Numbered from the stretch's first letter, positions 19,005 to 29,161 are shown. The stretch: 64,000 nucleotides of DNA from Myxococcota bacterium (GCA_965223705.1 OZ245015.1:2816001-2880000); one strand, 5' to 3'. The notes: generated by a model from the sequence alone, not told the origin. Translations and numbers: made by a program.

Positions 19005-20093
19005 CTAGGCCGCGACGCTCCGCTTCGCGGCCGCGCGCAGCTCCGGCATGATGTGCTTCGAGAAGAGCTCCTGGGTCCGCATCGCTTTCCAACGATCGAT
19101 ACCGCCGTAGTAGCTCATGATGATGAGTTCCTGAAAACCAAACTCACCGTGCAGGTCGAGCAGCTGCTGGCCCACGTCGTCGGGCGTCCCGACAAAGACG
19201 ATGCCCGCGTCGAGCAATTCCCGGTACGAGAGGTCGCGCAGCGCCGGGAAGTCATCGGCGGCGTAGAAGGCATATCCCGCGTCGATCAATCGTTGTTTTT
19301 CCTCGGGCGTTGTCCTCGCCAAGCTGTCCATCGGCGAGACATTGAAGTCGACGAAGTTCCGCACGGCTGCCTCAGCTTCGACGCGAGCACGGTCGGCATC
19401 TTCGTCGATATAGATCGCCTTGATGTAACCGAGCGTGGGCGACGTGCCCGCTTTCGCGCAAGCCGACTGGTAGTAGTCCGCCGCCTCCTTGAAAACGAAC
19501 GACGGAGCCGGCCCTCCGACGCATACCCCCCAGCCCGACTGCGCGGCTCGCTCGAACCACTTCATACTCGTGCCGACTTGGAAGATCTTCGGGTACGGCT
19601 TTTGGAGCGGCTTGGGCACCACCGAGAGATCGTTCACCTGGTAGTACTTTCCATCGTAGGAAAAGCGCTCTTCGGTCCACGCCTTGAGGAGAATGTCGAG
19701 CGCTTCGACGTAGCGCTCCTGGTTCTCTTCCATCACGATGTTCGCCGGTTCGTTGAGCCAGGCGTGGCCCCGACCCACGCCACACTCGATCCGACCGCCT
19801 GTCAGGATGTCGGCCTGCGCGATCTCTCCCGCGAGGATCATCGGGTTGTGGAGCGGCAATGTGTGACACAACGCCCGAAAGCGGAGGTTCTTCGTGCGCT
19901 GCGCCAGCGTGCAAAACAACGCCAGCGGATTCGGGTTGATCGCGAACTTCTCGAAAAAGGGATGTTCGAGTGTGGTGAAGACGTCAAACCCGCGTTCGTC
20001 CGCATGCTCGGCGAGCCGAATCACATCATCGATGAGTTCGGCGTGATCCCGTCCGGGAGGACACTGAATTTCTGTGTACGTTCCAAACTGCAT
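19005..20093 (-). CDS. LLM-class flavin-dependent monooxygenase
   Basis: EHPF, LHNP..LAGEIA..DIL.GGR...GVGRG, PKPLQKP, VGTPDDV. Confidence 0.9.
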   Translation of the reverse strand: MQFGTYTEIQCPPGRDHAELIDDVIRLAEHADERGFDVFTTLEHPFFEKFAINPNPLALFCTLAQRTKNLRFRALCHTLPLHNPMILAGEIAQADILTGGRIECGVGRGHAWLNEPANIVMEENQERYVEALDILLKAWTEERFSYDGKYYQVNDLSVVPKPLQKPYPKIFQVGTSMKWFERAAQSGWGVCVGGPAPSFVFKEAADYYQSACAKAGTSPTLGYIKAIYIDEDADRARVEAEAAVRNFVDFNVSPMDSLARTTPEEKQRLIDAGYAFYAADDFPALRDLSYRELLDAGIVFVGTPDDVGQQLLDLHGEFGFQELIIMSYYGGIDRWKAMRTQELFSKHIMPELRAAAKRSVAA

Positions 20094-20096
20094 CGA

Positions 20097-21221
20097 CTAG
20101 CCCTCGGTAAAGATATGAAGCGGCAGGAGCGCTGATACGACCATGTTCGGGACGTCGACGAGTTCCGCAATGCGCAAGTCGACCGCAACACTGCAGATCG
20201 CATACGCTTGTTGATCGGTAAAGCCGCGGACGTCCACCAGGTGATCGATCATGTTGAGTAGCGCGTTCCTCGCCGCCAAGGTGACGTCTTCGGACCGCGC
20301 GACTCCCTCGCGGGTGAAGGACTGCCCCGTGGTCGCGAAAAAGCGGCGCGGCGCGGCGTGTTCCGGGTTCGCAAAGTAGTCGTCGCAATAGAATTCGACG
20401 TTTCGGAGCTTTCTGTCACGGGCTTCGCCCTTGCGGAGCTCGAAACTCCCGTAGAACGTCGCCGACATTTCCACGGCCGTTCCGCAACTCTCGTTGTCGC
20501 CCTGGGCGAAGTGCGCGTCCCCCACCGAAAACAGCGCACCGGGGACATACACCGGAATCCGCACCGTCGTTCCCCGGGTGAACTGCTTGATATCGAGGTT
20601 GCCGCCGCACTCGTGGGGCGCGACGGTCCGCATGGCGCGCGCCGCGATTCCCGGATCCGTCGGGACGGCGCACGTGGGGTCGGGCAGAAGAGCGACGCCA
20701 CCGGCCTCGGCGAGCGTCCTCTCGCGGGACTCGATCTCGTCTAGCAGACCCGCCGAGGGGGCGTTTCCGATCACCCCCATGAACGGAGCGCCGGGGATCG
20801 CCACGCCGGGCAGGTCTTCCGAGGTCGCCATGCCGTTCGCGATCTTCCAACGCACGATGAAGGGCTCTGTAAACACGTCGCGAAGAAAGCCAAACCCCGG
20901 TACCTGCACCGTGTACCCAAATGGCTCGGGAGCGACTTCGTGGACTTTCACCTCGAGCATGTCACCCGGTTCAGCACCTTCCACGTACACCGGCCCCGTC
21001 AACGGGTGGACCACACTGAGGTCGCAATTTCCGACCGCTTCCGCTTCGGTATCGGGGCGGATCTGCCCGTCGAAGGCGTCGCGCGTTTCGATGCCGACGA
21101 CTTGACCGGGACGTACCTCGACAACCGGAGGGACGTCGGGGTGCCAGCGATTGTGTCCGAGGTGCGGTTCCTCGGCGAGCGTCTTGGCTCGGTCGATCTC
21201 GATGTAGTGGTCGGCTTTCAT
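20097..21221 (-). CDS. Acetamidase/formamidase family protein
   Basis: HNRWHPD, HPLTGPVYVEGAEPGD, GGNLD, GDAHFAQGD.ESCG, QAYAICS. Confidence 0.9.
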   Translation of the reverse strand: MKADHYIEIDRAKTLAEEPHLGHNRWHPDVPPVVEVRPGQVVGIETRDAFDGQIRPDTEAEAVGNCDLSVVHPLTGPVYVEGAEPGDMLEVKVHEVAPEPFGYTVQVPGFGFLRDVFTEPFIVRWKIANGMATSEDLPGVAIPGAPFMGVIGNAPSAGLLDEIESRERTLAEAGGVALLPDPTCAVPTDPGIAARAMRTVAPHECGGNLDIKQFTRGTTVRIPVYVPGALFSVGDAHFAQGDNESCGTAVEMSATFYGSFELRKGEARDRKLRNVEFYCDDYFANPEHAAPRRFFATTGQSFTREGVARSEDVTLAARNALLNMIDHLVDVRGFTDQQAYAICSVAVDLRIAELVDVPNMVVSALLPLHIFTEG

Positions 21222-21727
21222 CTCGTGTTCTCCGTGCGGGGCGGCGGCGCCACTTCGTTCGGCCCTTCGCCGGAAGCGACGAGTTTCTCGATGCGGAGCG
21301 AGAGGTGCGCGATCTGCCAGCGATCATCGATGCATTGGAAATCGGCGCGGTAGGTCGCTCCGAGCCATTTGTGCACCGGGGTCTCATCCGCGACCTCGTC
21401 CGCTGACATCGTCAGCAGCTCCCACAACCACCAGAACGCCTCTGCGGCTCGGCCGTCCGCCGAAAGCTCGATCATCGGGGACACGGGGAAGTGGAGGGAC
21501 CAGAGGATCCGGTCACGCCCGATCTGCGCGAGCTCTCGGCAGATCGCGTCGCGACCCTCGAATCTCCCGAAGCCTTCGGCTTCCCAAACGGCGTCCGGGG
21601 TGAGGAGCATCGCCATCTGATCGGGATCGTTGTTCGCGTCACCCGCGCGCGCATACGCCGCAATCACGTCCCGGATCTGCTCCCGCGCGACCAGCCAGGC
21701 GACCTGTTGCTCGATTGTCGCGCTCAA
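21218..21727 (-). CDS. SnoaL-like / NTF2 family protein
   Basis: IRDVIAAYA..D, DAVW, GRDAI, H, Y...F...DDRWQI. Confidence 0.8.
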   Translation of the reverse strand: MSATIEQQVAWLVAREQIRDVIAAYARAGDANNDPDQMAMLLTPDAVWEAEGFGRFEGRDAICRELAQIGRDRILWSLHFPVSPMIELSADGRAAEAFWWLWELLTMSADEVADETPVHKWLGATYRADFQCIDDRWQIAHLSLRIEKLVASGEGPNEVAPPPRTENTR

Positions 21728-22068
21728 TCACCGCCCCGCTGGGAACCGTGCGCCGCGATGAAGCGACGCTCTTCAAAACTGAATGGAACGTTCGGATCGC
21801 CCCCGTAGAGCTCGACGTTCGGTGCGATTTCCGCGTGCATCAGAGCGAGGTGAAAAAGCCGTTGCGACGCTTCGGGTAGCGCGCCGAGCGGAAACTGATC
21901 GACATGGTCGAGGATCGCGGGAAGTTCCGGGAGCACCGCGTCGTAGAACGCTCGGAGCTCCTGGGACGTCGCGCCCAACCGCTTGTCCCACCGCTCGTTC
22001 TGGGTTGCCAACGACCACGCCGGCACCCACGCTTCGAGCGACTCAAAACCGTCGGGGAGCGCGCTCAC
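21724..22068 (-). CDS. Small conserved-type protein coupled to the Rieske oxygenase
   Basis: GTG start overlaps the Rieske stop (GTGA); LP.GF..LE.W...W...T..ER...R...ELRAFYDA pattern. Confidence 0.65.
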   Translation of the reverse strand: MSALPDGFESLEAWVPAWSLATQNERWDKRLGATSQELRAFYDAVLPELPAILDHVDQFPLGALPEASQRLFHLALMHAEIAPNVELYGGDPNVPFSFEERRFIAAHGSQRGGD

Positions 22069-23270
22069 GGCCGCGCCCCACGGAGATATTCGTCGAGCAC
22101 GAAATAACCGTGTCGGACCAGGATTTCTTCGTCCTGGAGGTGCATGTGGGTCTTTGCACCGGATTGGAGCGAGAAGAACGTCCCTTCCATGGTTGCGGTG
22201 TCTTCGAGCCACGCGTTCCGCTGTAACACGATGGCGTGTTCGAGGGCCCACTTTTCGCTGTGGGTCCGCGGAGGTCGAACGTAATACTTCCCTTCCCATA
22301 GGCACCGGTCGTGACCGATCGGCCAGAACTGATGCGTGAACCAGATGCCCTCGGCCACGTGAAGCAGCCAATTCGGGAAAATCACACTGAGTTCAAACGA
22401 AAAATCGTCTCGCCGCTCATCGTTGATCGTCGGCGGCAACATCGTGCCCTCGACGTTCTCGACCAGCGAGCCCCGAGCCTTCTGCTGCGCCAAAGCTGCC
22501 ACCGGTGGCGCATCTTTGGGCGGATTGAAGCAGATCGCCGTTGTCCGGTGGTCGTCGTAGAGCTTCACCATCTGAAGCCCGGTCGCGAACGTCCCGGGGA
22601 ACGATCCCGCATGAATCGTGTTGACGTGATACGCCTCCGAGAAGGCGTCGACACCGATCTTCCAGTTGCAGTTGAGCTCCGTGTAGTACGTAAAGTTGTG
22701 GGTCAGCTCGTGATACGGATAACCCGCGAAGTGCTCCCCCATAGCGCCGAGGAACTCGTGCAGCGTCTGGGCGGGCTCATCGGCCAAGTTGATAAAGACA
22801 AACCCCTCCCACACGTCGCAGTGGATCTCCGTCAGCCCGTTCTCTTCGCGGCAGAAGCTGGGCGGAAAGCGCTTCTCCTCTTGAACGCCGGCGAGCTGCC
22901 CCTCGGTTCCGTAGGACCACGCGTGGAAGCGGCACGTGAAGACCTTGGCACGCCCCCACTGATCCCAGTCGCCGTCCGGGATCACGACGTTATTTCCGCG
23001 ATGTGAGCACGTGTTGTGAAACGCGCGGATCTCGCCGTCCTTGCCCCGCACGAGCAAGACACCCGTGCTCGCAAAAGCGAGCGATTTGAGCTTGAACGAA
23101 CCGACTTCCGGAAGCTCTTCGACCCGGCCCATACAGAGCCAGACCTTTCGGAAAACGCGATCGACTTCGCGCTCGTAGACCGCACGGGAGATCACCGGCT
23201 CCGTGGAGACGGGTTCGCTGCCCAACCACGGGTAAGCTTCGGCCCAACGTCGCTCTGTGTGGTCACTCAT
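22065..23270 (-). CDS. Rieske aromatic ring-hydroxylating oxygenase, alpha subunit
   Basis: CSH-x-CRFH Rieske ligands; NWK...DAFSEAYH...IH mononuclear iron site; C-terminal ED. Confidence 0.93.
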   Translation of the reverse strand: MSDHTERRWAEAYPWLGSEPVSTEPVISRAVYEREVDRVFRKVWLCMGRVEELPEVGSFKLKSLAFASTGVLLVRGKDGEIRAFHNTCSHRGNNVVIPDGDWDQWGRAKVFTCRFHAWSYGTEGQLAGVQEEKRFPPSFCREENGLTEIHCDVWEGFVFINLADEPAQTLHEFLGAMGEHFAGYPYHELTHNFTYYTELNCNWKIGVDAFSEAYHVNTIHAGSFPGTFATGLQMVKLYDDHRTTAICFNPPKDAPPVAALAQQKARGSLVENVEGTMLPPTINDERRDDFSFELSVIFPNWLLHVAEGIWFTHQFWPIGHDRCLWEGKYYVRPPRTHSEKWALEHAIVLQRNAWLEDTATMEGTFFSLQSGAKTHMHLQDEEILVRHGYFVLDEYLRGARP

Positions 23271-23925
23271 GGGCGTCTGCGGTCCCGCGTTTCGCGATCC
23301 GGACACTGCAGGGCCGGCCGATCACTTCGCCGAGTTCGTTGTATTCGCCGTACTCCGCGCGAAACAGGTCCATGCCCCACTCGCGCGGTTGGGTATCGAA
23401 CCACAGCTTGGTGTGCGCACAATAGTAGAGGACGTTCTTCTCGCCGAAGCTCCAGTCGTAGGCTCGCTCGGTGACGCCGAACGAGGCGGGATGGCGCGTC
23501 GACGTCGCCGCTTTTCCTTCTTCGAGCATCCGCCCACCGCTCGGACAGTGCGCAAAGCGGAAAGTGAACGCCTCATCGTTTTCTTCGCAGGTGAAGCGAT
23601 AGCCGTGAGATCGGAGAAACATCGCGTAGACGGCGGCGAGCTCGCTGGGATCCTTTTCGCGGTAGGCCTCAAGGACCGGGCGCCACAACCGCTCGCCGAC
23701 GAAGCGCCAAGCCTCCTCCACCGCTTCTTCGCCGAGCTTCTCCCGCACGTAATCGAGGAACACGGCGGACATGTCGCCGTACAGATCGTGGATCGGGCGA
23801 CCTTCCTCCCAGATGGCGTCCACAGCCTCGAGGGCGTCGTCGGTCCTCCCTTCGCGGATCGCCGTCTTTGCGCGATCCCGCGCGGTTTCCATCCAATCTT
23901 GCCGAATCGCGGACTGGCCGGTCAT
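23263..23925 (-). CDS. Hypothetical protein with Cys/His motifs (possible metal-binding V4R/ATC-hydrolase-like fold)
   Basis: IHDLY, HCPSGGRM, YYCAH; GGAGG RBS; overlaps the Rieske start. Confidence 0.55.
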   Translation of the reverse strand: MTGQSAIRQDWMETARDRAKTAIREGRTDDALEAVDAIWEEGRPIHDLYGDMSAVFLDYVREKLGEEAVEEAWRFVGERLWRPVLEAYREKDPSELAAVYAMFLRSHGYRFTCEENDEAFTFRFAHCPSGGRMLEEGKAATSTRHPASFGVTERAYDWSFGEKNVLYYCAHTKLWFDTQPREWGMDLFRAEYGEYNELGEVIGRPCSVRIAKRGTADAHE

Positions 23926-23959
23926 GGTCGCCTCCGGAGCGCCATTGTACACGGCCCGC

Positions 23960-25177
23960 TCACCCGATCAGGTCGTGGTACAGGCGGTGAATCCGCGGGG
24001 CGAGACTGGGCCAGCTGTAGGATTCGAGCGCCGTCTCCCGGGCAGCCGCTCCGATGCGTTCCTGCATCGCTGGGTCGGCTCGTAGCGCGAGCACCGCTTC
24101 GGCGAAATTCGACGGGTCGTCGCGGATCAGGATGTTCTCCCCGTCGCGCGCGTCGAGCCCCTCACAGCCCACCGACGTACTCACCACCGGTTTTCCCATG
24201 GCCCAGGAGGTCAGGATCTTGAGTCGCGTCCCCCCACCGGCCCGGAGGGGTACGACGTGACAGAAGGCGTCGTGGGCGATGGGACGGATGTCGTCGACGT
24301 ATCCCGTCAGCTCCACGCCGTGCTGTTCGCGAAACTCGAGCTGCTGCTCCGGCGAGCACGCTCCCACCCAGCGCGCCCTCAATTCGGGGACGGTTTCGCG
24401 AAGTCGTGGGAGGATGTCGTCGCAAAAAAAGCGAAGCGCGTCGAGATTCGGGAACCAGTTCGTCCCGCCGATGTAGAGCACGCCGTCGCGACGACTCGAG
24501 TCGGGTCGAAACTCGTCGGTGTCGACCGCATTCGCGATGACTTCGACCCGTGCCCCCGGAGCCAGGGCTCGCAGGTTGCTCGCGTCCTCCTCGGAAACGG
24601 CGACGTTGCACGCCACCCGTGGAAGCCAGCGCACCTCGTCGCGCTCGGTCAGTCTCGCCTGATGCGCGAAGTAGCGTCGCATCCATGGCGGACCCTCGAC
24701 CTCAGCGCGTCGTGCGAGAAGTTGGCTTTCGACGTTGTGGTGCACGCAGACCACAGGCACGGAGCCGCAGTCGGGCAAATATCGGACCAGGTCGAGGCTG
24801 TCCATGTGAATGAGATCGATCGCGCCGTCGCGCAAGAGTTCGCGCACTCGCTTCGCATAAGCGGCGGATTCGTACAAGTAGTGGGTGTAGGCACGGCCAG
24901 AGAGCACTGATCGAAGATGGTCCCACACGAAGCGGGCTCGGCTGTGGTTCTGCGCGATCGCAAACACTTCGGTCTCTGCGAACTCGCTCAGCGCGGCCGC
25001 ACTCTTCGCCGGGTCGTAACCACTGGCGTGCTGTGCGATGCCGCTTCGCTCGAAACAGAGGGCCGTGACTTCAAAGGTTTGCGATAGAAGACGCAAGACG
25101 TGAAAGGTGCGGATCCAGACCCCGCCATCGGGCGGATACGGAAGCGTCTGACACAGGAACAGGAGCTTTCGTTTCAT
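23960..25177 (-). CDS. Glycosyltransferase family 4 (EPS/PEP-CTERM locus type)
   Basis: PYPPDGG..IR, HHNVES, NAVD, W.PN.D, GGGTRLKIL, PVVSTSVGCEG. Confidence 0.9.
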   Translation of the reverse strand: MKRKLLFLCQTLPYPPDGGVWIRTFHVLRLLSQTFEVTALCFERSGIAQHASGYDPAKSAAALSEFAETEVFAIAQNHSRARFVWDHLRSVLSGRAYTHYLYESAAYAKRVRELLRDGAIDLIHMDSLDLVRYLPDCGSVPVVCVHHNVESQLLARRAEVEGPPWMRRYFAHQARLTERDEVRWLPRVACNVAVSEEDASNLRALAPGARVEVIANAVDTDEFRPDSSRRDGVLYIGGTNWFPNLDALRFFCDDILPRLRETVPELRARWVGACSPEQQLEFREQHGVELTGYVDDIRPIAHDAFCHVVPLRAGGGTRLKILTSWAMGKPVVSTSVGCEGLDARDGENILIRDDPSNFAEAVLALRADPAMQERIGAAARETALESYSWPSLAPRIHRLYHDLIG

Positions 25178-27069
25178 CGCGCCTCGAAGTACTCCCGGTG
25201 CCAGACGGTAAACGCGATCAGGGCCCAGATCTGGTTGTCGAGGTTCTCCGACCGACTGAAGTGGCGATCGAGGATGTTCCGGACCGCTTCGGGCTGAAAC
25301 ACGTCGGCCCTGGCGAGCTCGGCCGGTGCGAGCACCTCCTCGACATAGGAGCGCAACGCGCCCCGGAACCACACGGCGAGCGGCGCGGAAAACCCCATTT
25401 TGCGGCGGTTGATAAAGCCATCGGGCAAGAGATCTCGCCCCACCTCTTTGAGCACGTGCTTGAGACGCATGCCCCGGACCTTGAAGTGCGCCGGAACCGT
25501 GGCGGCGTATTCGAGCAGCTGGTGGTCGAGGAACGGTACGCGCACCTCGAGCGAATGCGCCATCGACACGCGGTCCATCAACGTGAGGAGATCACCGGGC
25601 AAGTAGAGCTTTAGATCGGCGTAGAGTGCGCGGTGAAGTGCGTCCGCCTCGGCGACTTCGGCGACGTAGCGCTCGTAGATATGCCTCGGTTCTTCTGACG
25701 CGATCGCTTCGCGCGCTCTCGCCGTCAACAAAGCTTCGCGGGAGGCGCGGTTCTGATGGCAGATCAGCTCGAAGTAGCGGGTGTCAAAGGGCAGAGACAG
25801 CGATGCCGTGAAGCGCTTCAGTCGTTGCGCCCACTGCCGCCCGCTCTTTGGATCCGGGAGACAAGCTGCGAGGGGTCGAATCAACCCACGCACCAGGGGC
25901 TCAGGCAGCCACGAGAGACGCTCACCGAGTAGCGCCCCGCGATATCGCTCGTAGCCGCCGGCGACTTCATCGCCGCCCAATCCCGACAAGGCCACGGTCA
26001 CGTGGGCGCGGGTTTCCTCGCACAGAAACCAAGTCGGTACGGCGGTAGAGTTCGCGCAGGGATGATCGAACGCGCGGACCAAACGGGGCACCAGGTCGCG
26101 GATGTCCGGCGACATCTCGAACTCGGTGTGTTCCGTTTCGTAACGCTCCGCGAGTTCGCGCGCGTAGACGCGTTCGTCGAAGCTCTCACCCCCGCTCGAG
26201 TACCCGATCGAGAACGTCTTCACGCGATCGGTGTGCCTGGCCATCAACGCGACCATGGTCGCCGAGTCGATCCCTCCGGAGAGGAAGGCGCCGAGCGGGA
26301 CGTCGGCGACGAGACGAACGCGCACCGCTTCCTCGAGCTCGCGCCTCATCCCGGCGACCGCGTCGGCTTCGGTCATCGACGCGTCGACGCGGTAGCGAAG
26401 CGACCAATAGGGTCGGATTTCCGTCCTGCCCTCCTCCACAACCAGGGTATGGCCGGCCCGCAATTCGCGGATGCCCTCGAAAAGCGTGCTCGGCTCTGGG
26501 ACGTAGAGGTACGCGAGGTATTGGTTTACCGCCGCGAGGTTGAGCGATCGCGCGACGCTCGGGTGCGCGAGCACGGCTTTTACTTCCGAGCCGAAAATCA
26601 ACTGGCCGGCCACTTCGGTGTAGAAGAGTTGCTTGATGCCGACCCGGTCCCGCGCCGCGAACAAGCGCCGCTTCGGGGCGTCCCAGATCGCAAAAGCGAA
26701 CATTCCCCGCAGACGCGAGACGCAAGCGTCGCCCCATTCTTCGTACGCGTGGACAATCACCTCCGTGTCGGCCTCGGTGCGAAACCGATGACCCCGATCG
26801 ACGAGTTCCCGACGCAACTCCCGAAAGTTGTAAATCTCCCCATTGAAGACGATCCAGATCGTCTCGTCTTCATTGGAGATGGGCTGCCGACCCCCGGAGA
26901 GATCGATGATCGACAACCGCCGCATGGCCAGGCCGACGCGGCCCACCTCGTGATGGCTTCCGTCCTCATCGGGGCCGCGGTGGGTGATGCTCGCGTTCAT
27001 CGCGGAGAGTGCGGAGAGATCGATCTCGCGCCCGGTGCCGAGGGAGCAGATGCCAACGATCCCGCACAT
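25174..27069 (-). CDS. asnB: Asparagine synthase (glutamine-hydrolyzing)-like amidotransferase
   Basis: True start MCGIVG (Ntn Cys2); HRGPD, RRLSIID, FNGEIYN, LSGGIDS, DRVSMAHSLEVRVPFLD. Confidence 0.95.
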   Translation of the reverse strand: MCGIVGICSLGTGREIDLSALSAMNASITHRGPDEDGSHHEVGRVGLAMRRLSIIDLSGGRQPISNEDETIWIVFNGEIYNFRELRRELVDRGHRFRTEADTEVIVHAYEEWGDACVSRLRGMFAFAIWDAPKRRLFAARDRVGIKQLFYTEVAGQLIFGSEVKAVLAHPSVARSLNLAAVNQYLAYLYVPEPSTLFEGIRELRAGHTLVVEEGRTEIRPYWSLRYRVDASMTEADAVAGMRRELEEAVRVRLVADVPLGAFLSGGIDSATMVALMARHTDRVKTFSIGYSSGGESFDERVYARELAERYETEHTEFEMSPDIRDLVPRLVRAFDHPCANSTAVPTWFLCEETRAHVTVALSGLGGDEVAGGYERYRGALLGERLSWLPEPLVRGLIRPLAACLPDPKSGRQWAQRLKRFTASLSLPFDTRYFELICHQNRASREALLTARAREAIASEEPRHIYERYVAEVAEADALHRALYADLKLYLPGDLLTLMDRVSMAHSLEVRVPFLDHQLLEYAATVPAHFKVRGMRLKHVLKEVGRDLLPDGFINRRKMGFSAPLAVWFRGALRSYVEEVLAPAELARADVFQPEAVRNILDRHFSRSENLDNQIWALIAFTVWHREYFEAR

Positions 27070-27180
27070 GTCGCGCCCCCTCCCCCGCCCGCGTCCCCCG
27101 AGCGAAAGGACAGAGAGGTAGCGACTGTCGGCTGTCGGGCCAGTCGCGCCCGGAAAAACCCGCGGCGACTCACGGCGGCA

Positions 27181-28554
27181 CTGACGCTTCTTCTCGCCCT
27201 CGGCGTTTGGCCCTGCCGGACGCACGCGGAACTCGGAACCTTGGTCCGCGTGGCCGAGGCATGGCACGAGGGGCTCGGCGCTCTCTCGAGAGCCCGTCTC
27301 GAATTGCGCGCCGAGATCGAGTCGGGAGCACTTCCTGTCGCGGATGTCCGCGTCGCCGACATACAGATCGATGCGGACCTCGCCTTGGGAGCCATCGTGA
27401 CGGGGAGCGTCCGAGGATCCGTTCGCAAGATTCGAGGCGGACCGGACGCGCCCCTGCCTCTCGGCGAGCACGAGGTCGAGGCGAAGATCGCGCTCCGTCG
27501 GCCTGTGATCGACGTCTCTGGAAAGGCCTGGGACTACCGGCGTCGCGCCGAGGTCGCTTTCTCCGGTCGCTACGAGAGAGCCGAAGAGAGCGCGGATCTC
27601 GAGTTCCAAACCGGACCCGTCCGGATGGGCGGGCCGAAGCTCACACCCGCTCACATCGCGCCCGAGCTTGGCGAGGTCTTCCGCGACGCCGAGGGTGAGT
27701 TCGAAGCACGCGGAATCGTGCGATGGCATGCCCGAGAGAAGCTTCGGGGGCACGTCGAACTCGCCATCCGAGACGTCTCGGTCAGCACCGATGCTGCCCG
27801 TATCGAGGGGATCAACGGCGTCATCCGATTCTCGCCGCCCTGGCCGCCTCAAACACCACCCGCCCAGGAAATCTCGATTCGCCGGGTCGATCTCGGACTC
27901 GAGCTGACCGATGGACGCGTGCGCTTCGGTCTCGATCCGGCAGGCGTACTCGACATCGATTCCGCGGTCTGGCAATTCGCCGGTGGATCCATCGAAACCG
28001 ACGGAAGGATCGACTTGCGCGCGGCGGAGCGGAATCTCGAACTGCGCTTTTTCGACCTGTCGCTACGCGACCTCCTGTCCCGGGTCCGGCTCGACGGACT
28101 CGATGGCCAGGGCCGCGTCGGCGGACGATTGCCGGTGTCGATCACCGACGAGAACGTGAGCGTTTCGGGTGGTGCGCTTCGGGCGCAGCCCGGCGGACAG
28201 ATTCGCTACCGACCGAGTGCGTCCGTCGACGGGCTGGCCGAGGGACAAGCGGGTTTCGACGTTCTGCTGCCGGCGCTTCGCGACCTCACCTTTCAGAAGC
28301 TCGAGCTCGGCGTCGACGGCGATCTTCGCGGCGACATGCAGCTTCGCCTCGAGCTCGATGGTGCGAACCCGAACTACCGGAACGGACAACCGATCGAGCT
28401 GAACCTCCACCTCGACGCGCGCCTCGCCGACCTGCTGCGAGCCGGAGAATGGATCGACCGTGTCCCCGAACACATCGAGCGAAAGCTCGAGTTGTTTCGC
28501 AAGCGCTCGAAAGACGGTGGCGTTCGGAATGTCGCTCCCTTAGGTTCGCCATGA
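27181..28554 (+). CDS. ydbH: YdbH-family AsmA-like intermembrane bridge protein (start uncertain)
   Basis: C-terminal YdbH motifs (G.GRVGGRLP, GGQIRY, G.NP....GQPIELNL); upstream of ynbE and ydbL homologs; N-terminal hydrophobic stretch. Confidence 0.75.
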   Translation: MTLLLALGVWPCRTHAELGTLVRVAEAWHEGLGALSRARLELRAEIESGALPVADVRVADIQIDADLALGAIVTGSVRGSVRKIRGGPDAPLPLGEHEVEAKIALRRPVIDVSGKAWDYRRRAEVAFSGRYERAEESADLEFQTGPVRMGGPKLTPAHIAPELGEVFRDAEGEFEARGIVRWHAREKLRGHVELAIRDVSVSTDAARIEGINGVIRFSPPWPPQTPPAQEISIRRVDLGLELTDGRVRFGLDPAGVLDIDSAVWQFAGGSIETDGRIDLRAAERNLELRFFDLSLRDLLSRVRLDGLDGQGRVGGRLPVSITDENVSVSGGALRAQPGGQIRYRPSASVDGLAEGQAGFDVLLPALRDLTFQKLELGVDGDLRGDMQLRLELDGANPNYRNGQPIELNLHLDARLADLLRAGEWIDRVPEHIERKLELFRKRSKDGGVRNVAPLGSP

Positions 28555-28586
28555 ATGCGCGGCAAGGGAGCGACGTCGAAACCCGT

Positions 28587-28787
28587 ATGAAGCACTGGCG
28601 CACCATCGCCTTATGGCTGTCGCTCTTGTCCCTCGGGTCCCTCGCGGGGTGTACGCATCGCGTGGCCGTTGAAGCGCCGCGCGAGCCGATCACCATCAAC
28701 ATGAACGTGAAGATCGAGCACGAGATTCGCGTCAAAGTCGATCGCGAACTCGAGGATCTCTTCGCCGAGAATGAGGAGATCTTTTGA
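28587..28787 (+). CDS. ynbE: YnbE-family lipoprotein
   Basis: Lipobox LAGC; EPITINMNVKIEHEIRVKVD. Confidence 0.92.
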   Translation: MKHWRTIALWLSLLSLGSLAGCTHRVAVEAPREPITINMNVKIEHEIRVKVDRELEDLFAENEEIF

Positions 28788-29131
28788 TGCAACGTTGGCT
28801 CAGGCTCTTGCTGCTCCCGTGTCTCTTTGTGGCGACGGTCGCCACGGGGCAGCCTCTCGACGCCTCGAAAGCGCGCGGCCAGATCGGCGAGCGCCCCGAT
28901 GGCTTCGTCGGTCTCGTCACACCCGCGACGGCGAGCGACGCCGATCGCGAGCTCGTCGCGAGTATCAACCAACAGCGCCGCGCGCATTACGCTCGGATCG
29001 CCGCCGATCAGGGAACGTCGATCGAGGTCGTCGCCGTGCTCGCCGGAAAGAAGCTCGTCGAGCGGACGCCCGTGGGTCAGTTCTATATGAGCGGCGGCCG
29101 CTGGGTGCAACGCGGGCCGTTCTATAGGTGA
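28784..29131 (+). CDS. ydbL: YdbL-family (DUF1318) periplasmic protein
   Basis: K..G.IGE..DG, IN..RR..Y..IA, terminal W. Confidence 0.88.
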   Translation: MMQRWLRLLLLPCLFVATVATGQPLDASKARGQIGERPDGFVGLVTPATASDADRELVASINQQRRAHYARIAADQGTSIEVVAVLAGKKLVERTPVGQFYMSGGRWVQRGPFYR

Positions 29132-29161
29132 GCGGCGGCCGCTGGGTGCAACGCGGGCCGT
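29088..29161. repeat. Tandem duplication, two exact 33-bp copies with a 41-bp period
   Basis: TGAGCGGCGGCCGCTGGGTGCAACGCGGGCCGT at 29088-29120 and 29129-29161. Confidence 0.9.

Noticed and set aside
25174..28554. 933-aa and 850-aa overlapping antisense ORFs
   Set aside because: These are GC-rich open-frame extensions. AsnB must start at MCG (27069), and YdbH similarity lies downstream of that.
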